From the human T2T-CHM13v2.0 reference genome, Homo sapiens, in assembly GCF_009914755.1 (NCBI RefSeq), contig NC_060935.1: DNA of 64,000 nt; one strand, written 5' to 3'. Shown in pieces: positions 32,631-44,900 of the stretch (within the stretch, counting starts at the first letter, position 1; every line of letters starts with the position of its first letter). The notes below the pieces were generated by a model, which was given only the letters and a program-made list of their open reading frames with translations, made no database searches and had not been told where the DNA came from. A program made the position numbers and the translations under genes.

Positions 32631-32980
32631 ATGGGATTATCTTTAAGAATGCTACGGCAAGTGAAAGAAGCAAGTTACAAAAAACTACATATTGTATTAT
32701 TATTTTTATGTAAAAAAAAGTCCAGAGATGCCAATCTGTAGTAATAGAAAGTAGATTAGTGTTTGCCTAGAGCTGGGGGTGATGGTGTGAGAGAGGAATG
32801 AGGAGTGATTGCTAATGAGAATGGGGTTTCTTTTTGAGGGGACAAAGATGTTGTAAACTTAGATTGTGTTGATGGTTGCCCAACCCTGCTTATGAAACAT
32901 CAATTAATTAAACTGTACACTTTAAATTGATGAACTACATAGTATATGAATCATATCGCAATAAAGCTATTATAATAAAT
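32631..32980 (+). mobile_element. L1MB-like 3' end
   Basis: aagtgaaagaagcaagttacaaaa..gaaagtagattagtgtttgcctag..gggtttctttttgaggggac..aataaagct. Confidence 0.7.
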
Positions 32981-33285
32981 GAATGTTAAATCTATTGACC
33001 GTTGCTGTGTATGTACTATTCTTATATCTTTTATTAATTTACTATCATTTTCCTATCACATGACATGTAGCTGTCTTTTTTAATCCAAGTGATAATTCTC
33101 ATCAGATATCCTTCCTTTGCACACATTTCTGTTATAAAATATGAACATTAATATTCCATTATTTATATATTATATTTAGCATTTGTTCCAAAACATATTT
33201 TTAAACATCTCCTAGATCTCAAAGTACATTTTGCAAAGTAGGAATAGAAGATATACTGACTCGCCCCACTACTCATCTAAATAAC

Positions 33286-33761
33286 TGAGCAGCAGAATAG
33301 GGATCTCCAAAGATGTTCACATCTTAGTCCTCAGAACTTATCAATATATTTTGTTACATGATAAGGTGATTAAGATTGTAGATAAAAATTAAGTTTGCTA
33401 GTCAGTTGACCTTAAAACAAAGATGTTATCGTGCACTATCCATGTGGGCTCAACGTATTCACAAGGTTTATTTAAAATGGGAAAGTGAAGCAGAATAAGT
33501 TAAATTTGAAGATGCTACACTGCCTGCTTTGGAGATGAAGGAAAGGGGCCATAAGGAAGCTGGTAGATTCTAGAAGCTGGAACAGAATGAGTTTTCCCCT
33601 ACAGACTTCGGAAGGATTCATCCTTTCCAATGCCTTGATTTTAGCCCAGTGAGCCTCATTTTGGACTTCTCACCTGCAGAACTGTGAAATACTGACTTTG
33701 TATTGATTTAAGCCACTAAGTTTGTGGTAATTCATTGCAGCAGCAACAGGAAACTAACACA
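33286..33761 (+). mobile_element. MLT1 (MLT1D-like) solo LTR
   Basis: gcagaatag..ccaaagatgttcacatc..ccttgattttagcccagtgag..aagccactaagtttgtggtaatt..aactaacaca. Confidence 0.85.
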
Positions 33762-36700
33762 CTAGCTTAATCATGATGAATGTTTCCACAAACCTGGGCA
33801 TAATTGCTCTTTTACTTCCTACTCTTTATTTTTCACTCATTTCTTCTGCTAACTCCAGATAGTGAAAATATAAGTAGGATCTCTTGGACATTTTGGATGT
33901 TGTTTGAAATAAAGAAAAAGGTAAGATAAGGTAAGAAGAGTAAAGTAAAAAAGTCAAGCATGGGGAAAGAAACTAATAGAAATAGGAAGAGAAAAAGCAA
34001 GATTATTATTAGTTTTCGTGAGTCAACCTTAAGAATTTACAATATAAAAGTAAATGAATTAAATTCAACACCATACTTATTCCAAGCATAGGCCAAACAT
34101 GAACCTTATCCCAGCTATTTCTCCATAAATCAGCATAGAATCAATTAAGAAGAAAAGCAATGTTCCCAAATAGCACAATCGAATATACTATTTTCTATTA
34201 CAATATAGCTTTCAAGAAAGAACAATTACAATTCAATAAATAACATAAAACAGATATCTTAATATGTTATATCAAATATGGACTATTTAATGCATATAGT
34301 AAAGCATATTAATTCAAAAACAAGGTTTAGAATGATAAAATTATTACTTCTCTTGGCTGAATTGCTTTGGATTAGGGCTATAGTCGTTAATATGAGAATT
34401 GATCGGTTTTTGTATTTAGCAATAATTTTTAAAATTTAATTTTAAAAAATTGAACAGACACTAGAATTAAAGTTCATTGGTAGGGCTGCAATTTGATTTT
34501 GACTATGGAGGAAGACTTTGGGGAAAAGCTGTCTCCAAGGTCATTTATCATTTTGCATCTTCCTCTTTAAATAGACCTGTAAGAATAGAGAAAACAGCAT
34601 TTATTGTCAAAGACCCTGTGAAATGGCAGGTATCATTAGGTGAGAAAACCAGGAACAACAAAGACTCATTTCTACCAGCCTTTCAGTTTGGGGGGTCAGG
34701 TATTTTCCGGTACTAATTATTCACAAAGGAATTCCCTAGGCATCACTGTTACTTTACCTTGGGCAGCTGCACCCAAATTAACTCAAGAAGAGATAGAAAC
34801 ATAAAGTGAACTCAAGCTCTGGAAAATACTGGTGAGATTTTTTTTTCTTTTCAAACGAATACAGAATATTTGTGGAAAAAGATAATTAAATTGTTAGATT
34901 TTGAACATTTATAAAATAATGGAAAAATATTGTTCTCTGAAATACAGAGAGAATGAAATTATTAAAATCATGATAGTAAGATAGTAACATGTACCTAAAC
35001 ATGACTGTGAGGAAGGGTAGGATGGACACAAATAAGAAAATGTCAATAATTTCAAAGGAAAGTGAGTCATTATGCCCAACATGCCCAGATAAAGGAGGAA
35101 GGCATCCTTGTGATGGATATTGGCTTAAGGAGAGAAACAGCAAGATGTTACTGCATCAGTTGGAGTCAAGAGAGGCCATGATTCAGAAGGTTAACAGCCT
35201 TTACTAGGATGCACATTCTGATAAATGGAACTTTAGATCTCAATCCTGCAATTAAGATAAATGAATACCTGAATAAAATAGATTGGTGAATGAAAAAAAA
35301 AATTCCTCTAGAACCTTGTGATATGGACGGTAGGGGAAAAAATCCTCAGGCTTGTGTGCAAAAGCCCAGTTTCTTCTAGATGAGAGCAAAGCAACATAAA
35401 TAATTGTTGCTCAAAACTGCTATGTTGTGAGCTTCCTTAAGTTGAGGGGCTCTCTTAGTGGAGGATGGTATTTTTCTTTTAATTCAGCAGGATAACTGAA
35501 GAGGAATGAGCATGTAAAAGCAGGGGATGTGCTTGAGACTGTATCTAAATCATATTACTATTACTCTTACAATCATTATTTTGTAATGCACAAGAGATAG
35601 CACACCTGTAATGACTACTGTGCCAACTCTAACATGAATACCTGAAGAAACACAATCCTATAGATTCCCAAAAGCTGGAAGTATTAGGCACGACTTCACT
35701 GCATAAGGATAGCTGAGAGCACAGAGTTTAGTAGGAGTTGTCAGCATTCAGCTGGATGGATCTTGAGAGGATCTACAGGTCTCTGCTAGACCACCTGTAA
35801 TTGGAGGGATCATTTACACCTGCGGTTGATTAGCGAAAGAATCCTAAAAGCTCCTTTAATCAAAACTATTACAGATACCCTTTTCCATCCATGTACCAAT
35901 GACCCCATTGTAGTGCCTGAAATTTCACCAATGAATATTCATCCATTTAGATAAATGTCATTTTCCTAAACCCATTAAAATTGTCATTCAGTGATGATCT
36001 CTTCCAGAAATATAAATCGACCAAATTGGGAGAATGAATATGGCCAGAATAAAACTTGAAAGATTAGAAAGATGTATGAAGCAATGTTGACATTAAGGGA
36101 CAGTCTTCTCTTTTTTACACCCATTTTCTTCGTTTCAGTTAATAGAAAAATGTTTAAAAATACAAAGCAAAGTCAGTCCTGGAAAATCCTAAAGTATTCT
36201 GAGTTTGCACATGGAGAAATTACATAAGACTTCACTCCCTCTCCTTTCAAATCAAACAGGTCTTGCTTTGTCTCTAGAAGTTTCTTTTATTGCTTTACCT
36301 TATTTCTGCCTTCCTATCAGGGTTTTATGAATATTTCATACTGACAGAAGTGATTTAAGTTCACGGCTGAAATAACTATTAATGTGATATGTAACAGTGA
36401 AATTGAAACTGTCATTTCACAAATGGGATAAGAGAATTTCTGTTAAGTTAAATAATTTACCTTGGGGGTTACAGTAGTATCATTTTAGAATCAATTTTGT
36501 GTAATTTTGCTCCTCTTTCTATTACCTCACACTACATCTTGACTATCAGGGCTCGAGACCACACTGGTGGAGGTGCATACATCATGTGCACAAAGATAGA
36601 GTTTCATGAGAAGAACTTGCAAAGGCAAGAGTGGTTAAACTTGCAGAGAAATTGCAGAATATTTGTGAGTTGATGTGATAATCAGGCATGGCAGTATTCA

Positions 36701-37122
36701 AAAGGTGAAATGTGGGCGTATGTTTTCACTTATGGGTCAAAAATAAAGCAATCATTTCCAGATATTTGCCAGTAGATAACATAGATGTTACCATATCCCA
36801 AAATACAGAAGTTGTTTCAAAACTCAGTGTCGTATAAAAAATAAAAACTAAATAAAGTTTAGAAACAGCTAAATAAACATTAATAAAAGGTGAGAGAAGA
36901 GAGGCATGTGGTAACATATATATGAGATTGAGGGGATTTACTTTATCTCTCTGGATTTTGCTTTCTCACCTGAAGTGAACGAATGTGATCTTATCTTGAG
37001 GTAAGATGATCAAAATAGATGCATTTCAATTTCTTCAAGTATGCATGCCAATCAGCATTTTTTCCTCTTTTGATCTACTGTGATTTTCCGTTGGTTCTGC
37101 GTTAGAAATAAAATAAATACAG

Positions 37123-37148
37123 TCCTTTTTATGTTTTCTTTTTTTCAG
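37123..37148 (+). promoter_or_regulatory. Splice acceptor of the OR4S2 coding exon
   Basis: Strong polypyrimidine tract tcctttttatgttttctttttttcAG ending at 37148, 36 nt before the ATG. Confidence 0.75.
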
Positions 37149-37184
37149 GTAATTTAATTGTCTCCTAAGAACTTGACCCATTCC

Positions 37185-38120
37185 ATGGAAAAAATAAACA
37201 ACGTAACTGAATTCATTTTCTGGGGTCTTTCTCAGAGCCCAGAGATTGAGAAAGTTTGTTTTGTGGTGTTTTCTTTCTTCTACATAATCATTCTTCTGGG
37301 AAATCTCCTCATCATGCTGACAGTTTGCCTGAGCAACCTGTTTAAGTCACCCATGTATTTCTTTCTCAGCTTCTTGTCTTTTGTGGACATTTGTTACTCT
37401 TCAGTCACAGCTCCCAAGATGATTGTTGACCTGTTAGCAAAGGACAAAACCATCTCCTATGTGGGGTGCATGTTGCAACTGTTTGGAGTACATTTCTTTG
37501 GTTGCACTGAGATCTTCATCCTTACTGTAATGGCCTATGATCGTTATGTGGCTATCTGTAAACCCCTACATTATATGACCATCATGAACCGGGAGACATG
37601 CAATAAAATGTTATTAGGGACGTGGGTAGGTGGGTTCTTACACTCCATTATCCAAGTGGCTCTGGTAGTCCAACTACCCTTTTGTGGACCCAATGAGATA
37701 GATCACTACTTTTGTGATGTTCACCCTGTGTTGAAACTTGCCTGCACAGAAACATACATTGTTGGTGTTGTTGTGACAGCCAACAGTGGTACCATTGCTC
37801 TGGGGAGTTTTGTTATCTTGCTAATCTCCTACAGCATCATCCTAGTTTCCCTGAGAAAGCAGTCAGCAGAAGGCAGGCGCAAAGCCCTCTCCACCTGTGG
37901 CTCCCACATTGCCATGGTCGTTATCTTTTTCGGCCCCTGTACTTTTATGTACATGCGCCCTGATACGACCTTTTCAGAGGATAAGATGGTGGCTGTATTT
38001 TACACCATTATCACTCCCATGTTAAATCCTCTGATTTATACACTGAGAAATGCAGAAGTAAAGAATGCAATGAAGAAACTGTGGGGCAGAAATGTTTTCT
38101 TGGAGGCTAAAGGGAAATAG
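37185..38120 (+). CDS. OR4S2: Olfactory receptor family 4 subfamily S member 2 (311 aa)
   Basis: ATG at 37185 ([17 protein letters not shown]...), N-glycosylation site [49 protein letters not shown]. The track's start at 37158 is a TTG. Confidence 0.93.
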   Translation: MEKINNVTEFIFWGLSQSPEIEKVCFVVFSFFYIIILLGNLLIMLTVCLSNLFKSPMYFFLSFLSFVDICYSSVTAPKMIVDLLAKDKTISYVGCMLQLFGVHFFGCTEIFILTVMAYDRYVAICKPLHYMTIMNRETCNKMLLGTWVGGFLHSIIQVALVVQLPFCGPNEIDHYFCDVHPVLKLACTETYIVGVVVTANSGTIALGSFVILLISYSIILVSLRKQSAEGRRKALSTCGSHIAMVVIFFGPCTFMYMRPDTTFSEDKMVAVFYTIITPMLNPLIYTLRNAEVKNAMKKLWGRNVFLEAKGK

Positions 38121-39739
38121 TTGGACTTAATAATTTAAGCTAGATGACCTTAAAATTTCTCAGCCTTGGTTAACTCATCTGTGCAATCAAGACAATAACA
38201 ACCTCATGGGATTTGGAGTGGAAAAATGAGACAATAACACATTCAAAAGAGTAAGGTATTATTTTTCATTATTATAGCATTTTTATACTATTTCATAATT
38301 AGATAACTTCCTGAAATATCTATGACACAGAAATATTATTAAACTTAGAATCACAAAAGTGCAGAAGAGCAATTCCTCTTGGCTTTCCTTTGAGGACAGA
38401 TTTCTATTACCCTACCTTGCTATTCACTGGTTTTATCATCATCCCTGAAAGCAGAAACTCACCGTATGTATAAAGTGGAGGAAATAAATTTTAAAAAATT
38501 TAGAATTTCCAAAAGTGTGGGAAGTGTTTTCATATTTTTGGGCTTAAATTGTGAGGTTTCGGGCAGTACAGTATCACTCATATATTTCCTTCTAAATAAA
38601 CAATCCTCTACCCTGCTGCCTAGGCTATGTATAGAGTAGTGGGGAATTGATAAGGTTGTAATGTGTGCTGACTGCTGACATCTGGGGAGCAGCAAGAGGA
38701 AAGGGCCTCATAGTTCACACTGTAGATTTCACTTATCCTTGTGCATGCGTGTTTCATCACTGTCCTCCACATTAATACTGGGAATTATTTAGCTCAGTCT
38801 TTCAAAAGAATAAACCTCCAATCTTTTGTGAAGTAATATAGAGGAATTCTTACCTGTCTGTGTAGAAAATGGCCTGTGGAAATAAAATAATTTTCATGTA
38901 ATACAATGTATGTTTCACTCCTACATTCTGTAGAATCGTATGCTACAAGCATTTAGCATCTCAGGAGTTTTGCAAGTGAACTAACTTGCTAGTTTTCTCT
39001 GTCCTTGCTCAGATGGCTATAACTTCCCCCACAATGCTAAGTTAACTACTTAGTAACACTGTTCTCTATTTCTCAAAAAATGTGTGAAAATCTTTCACCA
39101 GCTGGTATTTCCTGTTTGCTTTTTTGTCATTGTGGATTAACATATAATTTCTATTTTGCTCTTATTTTAGCAACAATTCAGATGGCAGAGGAAATACATT
39201 TTTGTGGATACTTTACTATGTTTCACAGAGATTCTATTTTTTAAAGTATGCATTTATTAGCTTTTGTCATAATACAATGACAAAAGAAGAGAAGAAAAGA
39301 ATAAAATCAAAAGTTACATAATATTACCATACAGATGTCTTATTTACATGAAAATATAAAGGAACACATGCATATTGAACTGTCTGAAAACTCAAACAGT
39401 TCAATAACGTAAAAAATGAAAGAAAAACATAATAATCACTTTCCTATCTTTTCTTACAAACACACCATTGTTCTCAGTTTCTTATGATTCCTTCCATTAA
39501 AAATAATCCTATACCTATATTCACTTATAATTTCTATTTTATTTTATGTTTGTAGTCACATAAAGGAATAGTATAAACATTGACACATAACTTTTTCCTT
39601 TAGAGAATAATATACTCTGACCGTCGCTTCACGACAGCACTTACAAATGAAACCCCAGGGTCTAGTCAGATTGGACGTAGATGCTCTCACCATAGCAGTT
39701 ACACTAGAGACCATGCCAGAAAACAGTCCTCTCCCAGGG

Positions 39740-41660
39740 AAGGTCAAAGCAGCCAGCAGTGTGAGAGGGTGAGATGAACGAGGTAACATCCGGGGTTCGC
39801 AATTGATTGAGCATGTGGCCAGAGACTGGGAGGTAGTAATTGAGAATGTCCTTAGGATTGCGACCAGTCCTGTTTTCCAAACTAGACCTAAAGAAAAACA
39901 CAACTGAGAAAACTTCCTTAGTGTTGCAACAATTCCCAGAACCATAGCTGATAGAGAACATCTTCCTCTTCCAGCACCCATTTTCTCACCCTTGATTTCT
40001 TTCACCCTTGGCCAGAACTTCAGTTGGTTTGGGATGTCTGCCTTGTGGGGTGACTGAAAGCTTTATCTATAAGAGTTTGATCCCTAGTTGCCTTGTTCTT
40101 ATTTACTGTAGTTGCTGCAATTGTCCAGTTACAGTTATCCCTGGTGTGCAAGTGCTAAGAGAGATTCCACTACATTCTCTGCATTCTGGATATAATCATC
40201 TCTGTCCTAATCCATTATAACAACACTAGCTACTCATAAAAACCAGAATCAAGTACCCTAGTAAAAATAGTAACTATTTTTTTTTTTGCATGCCGGTCCA
40301 TTTGTGTAAGGAGCACAAAATAGTGTTCCTGCTGTGTTCCTGGAAAATATCTTCTTCTCTCTAGAAACCGGGACTTCTGTCCTCATGAATCTGAAGACTA
40401 AGAAAGTGAGTTTCTGGGAGTGTAAAAAATAGAAAACACTCACTTTCACCCTTTGGATCTCAGAATGATGTATGGCAGGCAAATGGGGACTCCACACCGC
40501 ATATCAGGCATCGGTTCAGCATTCAATGCATACTCTGAATCCTGAAGACAGCATCCTGTCTCCTCCAGCGCTGACTTCTAGCTAGTCCCTTGATTGAGCT
40601 CTTAACAATCCTTTCCCCTCTTCTATGAAGCTAGAAGCTTACGGGTGATGGGCTATATGGTAAGATCAGTGAATTCTGAGATCATGAGAAAATTTTATAT
40701 CTCCTTTGCCCTAAAAGGTCCTAGGCAATCTTTAAGGGATATTATATCAATGTATCAATCTGTCTGCAAGTTGTCAAATGTTGGTGTAGATGAAGGCACT
40801 ATGGAGATGGGAGGCAAATCTATGTCTACAGTGTCTATTGTTTCTGATTAGGAGCAATTGCTTTCACTTTCAGGGTGGAAGAAGTTTTGTATAATTAACC
40901 CGCTATCAGTCACATAAATATTTTCCCAGAGATAGGCATCACATTGAGTGCTCAGGCATGGATTCTGCTACTGGCATGTTGGACACTCAGAGGGGGCAGA
41001 CGGCAGATCAGCATTTATGGTAGGGAGCTCGTGTCTCTGAGCCCAAGCATAAAACATCCTTGCCAGTATAGACACTCTGTCCATGTGCTTATTGTGCCAT
41101 CACTGGAATATCCTTAGGCTGGATCATGTCAGAGCACAGTCCATCCTCATCGTGTAGATAGTTAAAGCCTGTTCTCTTGTACATGCTTTCAAGTTAGTTC
41201 CAACTTCAATAGGTCTATTCACATAACTCTTTTCCAGATCGCTTGGTCCAGTCTTCTGACCTTCCAGACACTTGATCAACAAACTAGGCATTTATCACTG
41301 CTTCAAGTCAATGTATATTTATTACCCAGGACTCTTCCCCTTCTATACAAAGTTGAAAGCAAGAATATTATTCAGGGTTTTGTCCACTAGCAGAAATTCT
41401 CTAGGCTACATACCTTTGAGGCCACCATTTAGGGCTGGGATGTCATTTTAGGTTAATATCAATGTATTGTGGTGACTTGTTTGTGAACCTGAACAGAATC
41501 CTTTCCTCCTCTGTCAGATCATCTCAGAGCATTCCCTGTGAGGCCATATGTGTGACTTGAGGAAGAGGCATTGATTTAACAGAGATGAGTCATATGAGAG
41601 TCAGAACTATCCATTTGTTCCTGAACCACTCTTTTCTTCTGATCTGCTCAGGCCAAGCTT
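39740..41660 (-). mobile_element. Ancient ERVL / MLT-internal pol remnant (RNase H, integrase and dUTPase region)
   Basis: Minus-strand translation of 41461-41570 gives PLPQVTHMASQGML*DDLTEEERILFRFTNKSPQY, resembling ERVL ..PMASWGVPYDQLTEEEK..WFTDGS. About 39950-40050 gives PQGRHPKPTEVLAKG, resembling ERVL PPGK.PRPAEVLAEG. Comparison is from memory of the family consensus. Confidence 0.65.
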
Positions 41661-42489
41661 TTACCAGTTCAGGCTTGTATTTGTTGAATTCAAATTGTTT
41701 TATTCCAAGTATTATATTTTATTCTATTTATTTCATATATTAACATAAAACCTTGAAAAAATTTGATTATTCATTTTTTCCCATTCCTTTCTCTAAATTA
41801 GTGTCAAGATTATCTTTTTGAAAGCAGCCTTCCCATAGAATATAGGAAAAAAAATTTTTCCTGCTTGTCAGAGGGAATATTTCAAGACATGATAAAAGGT
41901 ATTAGCATCCTAGACAATATTATTCCCTAAAGTTTCCCTTATTTTGCATATTGAAAACAATTCCAATGTTGTAATAAATTTAACTTTTGGTTTGTCTATT
42001 TAGCCTACAAGAACAGTAAGTTAATCTTCCTCATACTCAGTAATTAGATACAAATGAGGATGTGGAGGTGCCTCAAGGACACCAAAGATATGAGGGAGAA
42101 AGAGGAAAAAAACAAACGGATGGTGGAGAGGGTGATAGAAAACAGAAAGGCATTGGTTAAAGAAGCTGTGGATCACCAAGAAATACTTCTACTCCCACCA
42201 GTGATTTAAAGTTGCCCCTCCCTGCATTGGGGAACAAATTTTTCTAGCTTCTGTAATACACTTATAATTTATTTGCAAGTAGTATGCAGGAAAGGAAGTG
42301 TGATGTCTCAAAACAAGAGGTTCTAGTCTGTGGGATATAGACATCTCCCTCCGAGAACCCTCATATTTATAGCAAGTGGCCTGAGAATTAATATGTACAC
42401 CAGGAACTTAATCTCACTTTTTTCAACTTCATTTCTATTTGTTTTATTAACTCAAGTTAGTAAAATAACACTTAACAAAACACATTTTT

Positions 42490-42670
42490 ATTAATATAAT
42501 TTTATTCTACCAAATATGTATTGAATGCTTTTTATATACTAGGCTCTGTTTATCATTTTATAAAAGTTTGATCTTTTAATCCACATAAATATTCCATGAA
42601 GTAGGTAATAAAACTGAAAGAAAACTGAAACTCACAGAACTTAAGAAGCTTGCCCAGGTTGCACACTTAT
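42490..42670 (-). mobile_element. MIR SINE
   Basis: tattgaatgctt..actaggctctgtt..tttaatccacat..catgaagtaggta..aaactgaaactcacaga..cttgcccaggttgcacac. Confidence 0.65.
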
Positions 42671-44110
42671 CTACCCTAAGAAAATGTTGAAAATGACAAT
42701 TAATGGCCGGCATTAAATAATCAATTGCTATATAAGTAAATTAATAAATAAGACAAATGAAAACACAATGGAAGAGAGCTTGGGTAATAGTTTATAACTA
42801 ACTTTTCTGTAAAATTACCTATGCGATGGTTAAGGATATAAATAAAATATTCTTTCTGAACTACACTAAAACTAATTATTTAGAAGAATAGCAATGTAAG
42901 TGAGGTCGGGTCTTGAGATACATCAAATGCTCCAGTAGAAATCTCTTTCACTGATACGACTTAGCACTTACAATCAACACGTCAAATGAGATGTTGAAAA
43001 TGTCAGGATGCGCCTATTATACAGTGCAATATTTTTCATAATATGGTATGGAATGTAGTCTCAATAAGGAGAAAACGTGCAATCTTTGGTGGTCATTTGC
43101 TGTTTTTATGTACAATATCTAAATACTTTTGCAGATGCATCCTGCCTGCCTCGTAAGAACACTAACGTCAAGTTGTGGAAACTCTCTTGGTGGGCTCTGA
43201 ACTCTGATTTTCCTCTAAGTAGCCGTAACTTTGACATTTTCAGTATATCTGTGTAATGTTTGGTTTGGGTTAATTTCTTCCCAAGGGTGTTAATATGACT
43301 CTCGCTAGCTTGATTATAAAACAAGTCTCCTAGGAGTTAATCTTTGGATTGAAGCATTATTAGCAAACAAATGCAAAGTCAACACATTTTTCTGGACTAT
43401 TGAGAGAAGGCATTTTCTTTTTCCTAATAGAGTTGCTGAGAGTACAGATACAGGACTCCTGCTTATAATCTTACCAAGAGTGAAAAAAGTCAACACAGAA
43501 GGAAGCAGAGCCAACAGATAATTAGAAGGAACCAGTTCTTATAATAAAATTTTAACAACAGAATGTACCTATTTTCAAACAATTTTATCATATTTGTTTT
43601 CTGTTATTGCTTTTTACATTTATTTAACTACTATAACAAATACATGTAAATTTACTATCCATACCAAAACTTAAACTGTTACCAAAAATTAAATCCATTT
43701 TTAACCTCTTTTCTATGCTGTCCCCTGTCTTACCTGAAAGGTAGCCAATATCCTGATTTTGTTAATGCATAATTCTCTTATTGCTTAAAAATAAAATATA
43801 TTTGCCTAAGATGGATATGTTTTTTAAAGATTTATCTGGTTTTGAATTTTAAAGAATTTAACATACTATATGTAGAGTTTTAGGCATTGATTTTACTTTT
43901 TATTCAGCATTAAGTTATTAAGTTTTGTATTGGTTATTAAGCATAACATTAGACAGTTAACAAAAATGACCCTGAAATGGAAGCCTGTGCACAATTTGTA
44001 AGGATTAGGCTCTGAAAATTGGAATGATCATTCTAGTTCTTGATAACCTTACAAGTTGCTGGACATAAAGGAGTCAATGTGAATAGAATCACTTTTTATA
44101 GAGTGGAGAT

Positions 44111-44900
44111 GTGTTATGATTTTTTATTCATTTTGTCTTGAGGTCTCTCTCCTGAGAGTGCCCACAGCTCCAGCCCTGCTCAGACCAGGAATTCAAAGGA
44201 TGTAGACATGGATATTTACAATGTGCCTTTTGTGGATACTTCTTTGTCCTGGAGGAGAGCCCAGTGCCTAAGTGTCTGACTAGGATCGAGAATTTCCTCT
44301 CACAGGAAAACTGTACTAGCAGATGTCCTTATGGCTCTTGTCTGACCTGTGCCCAATTTATTCTTACCAGGACTGCCACTTTCTGTGACAGCCCTGACTG
44401 GAGAGGGTGGGTGTGGGTGATTGTGTGTCAGATGAAACACAATGAAGAAGTGAAACCAAAATGCATGAAACAGAAGAAAGGTATGACTCACAGGTTTCAG
44501 AGAGGTGAAGAGTGCCCACAGGAGTCTGACCAAAGTCCAGAGGCAGCAGGGGGCTCAACAAGGGGAAGCAAGAAAGAGAGGATCTGTGGGTTTATGCCTT
44601 TATTAAAGTCCATGGGCATTATCCTTTAGGTTTTCCTGCGGGGGTTGTGAATTGTCTAATTTAAAGAAGACTGGTAAGTAAAGGGAGGACTGATTTGCAT
44701 AACTCTGACACTGACTATTAGGTTTTATCATAGCCAGCAATTGTGAGTGTGTTGGGTTGTGGGTCAGTAAGTGAGTAACAAACAGGATATGTCACAAACA
44801 GCCAGGCCAAAGGTGGCAGAGTATGACTGGGTTTTAGACAATTTACGCTGGGCCTAAAAATAAATGCCAAAGAAGCAACCGCATTAAACAAATTTATCAC
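44111..44900 (-). mobile_element. ERVL-class LTR (MER74/MER54-like)
   Basis: cctctcacaggaaa..gcagatgtccttatggctcttgtctgacctgtgcccaatttattc. Subfamily and boundaries are uncertain. Confidence 0.5.

Noticed and set aside
37158-37184. 9-aa extension of OR4S2
   Set aside because: It starts at TTG. The ATG at 37185 gives a normal OR N-terminus.
39556-40005. 149-aa ORF as a novel protein
   Set aside because: It lies in degenerate ERVL-type internal sequence and has no domain signal of its own.
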